Source: Heteronotia binoei
Lineage: Eukaryota
Reading direction: 5' to 3'
Length of the DNA stretch: 64,000 nt
Assembly (NCBI RefSeq): GCF_032191835.1
Contig: NC_083234.1
Coordinates: forward strand, 48,918,001 to 48,982,000
Notes under the pieces: generated by a model
What the model was told of the DNA's origin: nothing
The model's input: only the letters and a program-made list of their open reading frames with translations
Database searches by the model: none
Translations under genes and position numbers: made by a program
In this document: piece by piece, positions 63,163 to 64,000 of the stretch
How positions within the stretch are numbered: position 1 is the stretch's first letter
Layout: each line of letters opens with the position of its first letter

Positions 63163-64000
63163 CTGCTTGAAAGAAAGAAAAGAGTAGGAGATTAAAATAA
63201 AGGGACTCCTATCTCCTGCATCTCCTCCTCTCTCTTCTCCCCCTGCAACTGTCATGTCATCTGGTTCTATTGGGTTGACCCAACTATGCCTGAAATCAGG
63301 GCTGGCTGCAGGATTTTGTGGGCCTTCAGGCACAAGATGCCCATGGGCCCCATCCATACTGCCACTTCCTTCTTCTCCCCATCCAAATTACAGCTCTAGA
63401 GGAGAATGAATGCCTCTTTCCTCTTCTCACTTCAGATGTCCTTCCTACACAGAAATGGGAGATGCTACAAGGATGTCTGGTGTGACCTCACATTCCCTGT
63501 TGAAAAAGGAGGCTGTGGACAGTGATGCTTCTGTGTTCACAGGACCACATGTGTGTGCATATACACAAAAGCTTATACCCAAAATTGAACTTTGTTGGTC
63601 TTAAAGGTGCTGCTGGACTTAATTCTGGAGACTCCCCAGAATTAAAGCTGATCTCCAGACAACTCAGGTCAGTTCCCCTGGAGAAAATGGATGCTCTGGA
63701 GAGTGGACTTGGTGGCATTATGCCCTACTGAGGTCTCTCACATCCCCAACACCTACCCCTCCCTCCCTAGGCTTCACCCTCAAAACTCCCGGAAGACCCC
63801 AACCAGAAGCTGGCAATCCCAAATCATTGCTCTGCTCCCTCCAGAATTTTTTCTGCCAGGAGCCTTCCCATTTCCCAATGAACGGAGTGTCTAGACTAGA
63901 GAAAGTCAGCGAGGCTTATTTGTTCTGTTCCCTTTGCTACTCCCTGATATGTGAAATGGAAGATCAGGTGAGCATATAGTCAGTAGTTCCTGGGTAGTTT

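Noticed and set aside
63400-64000. FIGLA exon 1 (basic region)
   Set aside because: No ERRRxANxxERER-like sequence found; the region is mostly repeats, so the exon probably lies beyond the window

Overview
Eukaryotic genomic DNA from a vertebrate, most likely a squamate reptile and probably a gecko, judged from the repeat landscape (Sauria-type SINE, CR1, L2, L1, Penelope fragments and many hAT MITEs). Two host genes lie in tandem on the minus strand, in the order I recall from mammals. FIGLA (oocyte bHLH factor) is represented by exons 2-3 and a candidate exon 4 at ~60.8-63.2 kb. Beta-adducin ADD2 is represented by 7 coding exons (3050-14552, 315 codons) with canonical GT-AG sites, a probable CpG-rich promoter/first exon at ~57.6-58.0 kb and a ~42 kb 5' intron region. 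That intron holds a structurally complete but coding-decayed 5.75 kb DIRS1-type tyrosine-recombinase retrotransposon (29920-35666: gag, RT-RNaseH-methyltransferase, YR, non-identical ITRs, and an ICR spelling the circle junction). Main oddities: a ~908 bp near-perfect palindrome fused to an ETS/CRE motif array at the left end; a TAA in FIGLA exon 3 that cuts off an otherwise in-frame 123-codon candidate exon; a sense-oriented strong splice donor at the DIRS end; and a nested hAT>CR1/Penelope insertion with an intact 8-bp TSD. Most ORFs in the supplied track are spurious or shadows of repeats. All family assignments are by motif recognition from memory; no database search was run.
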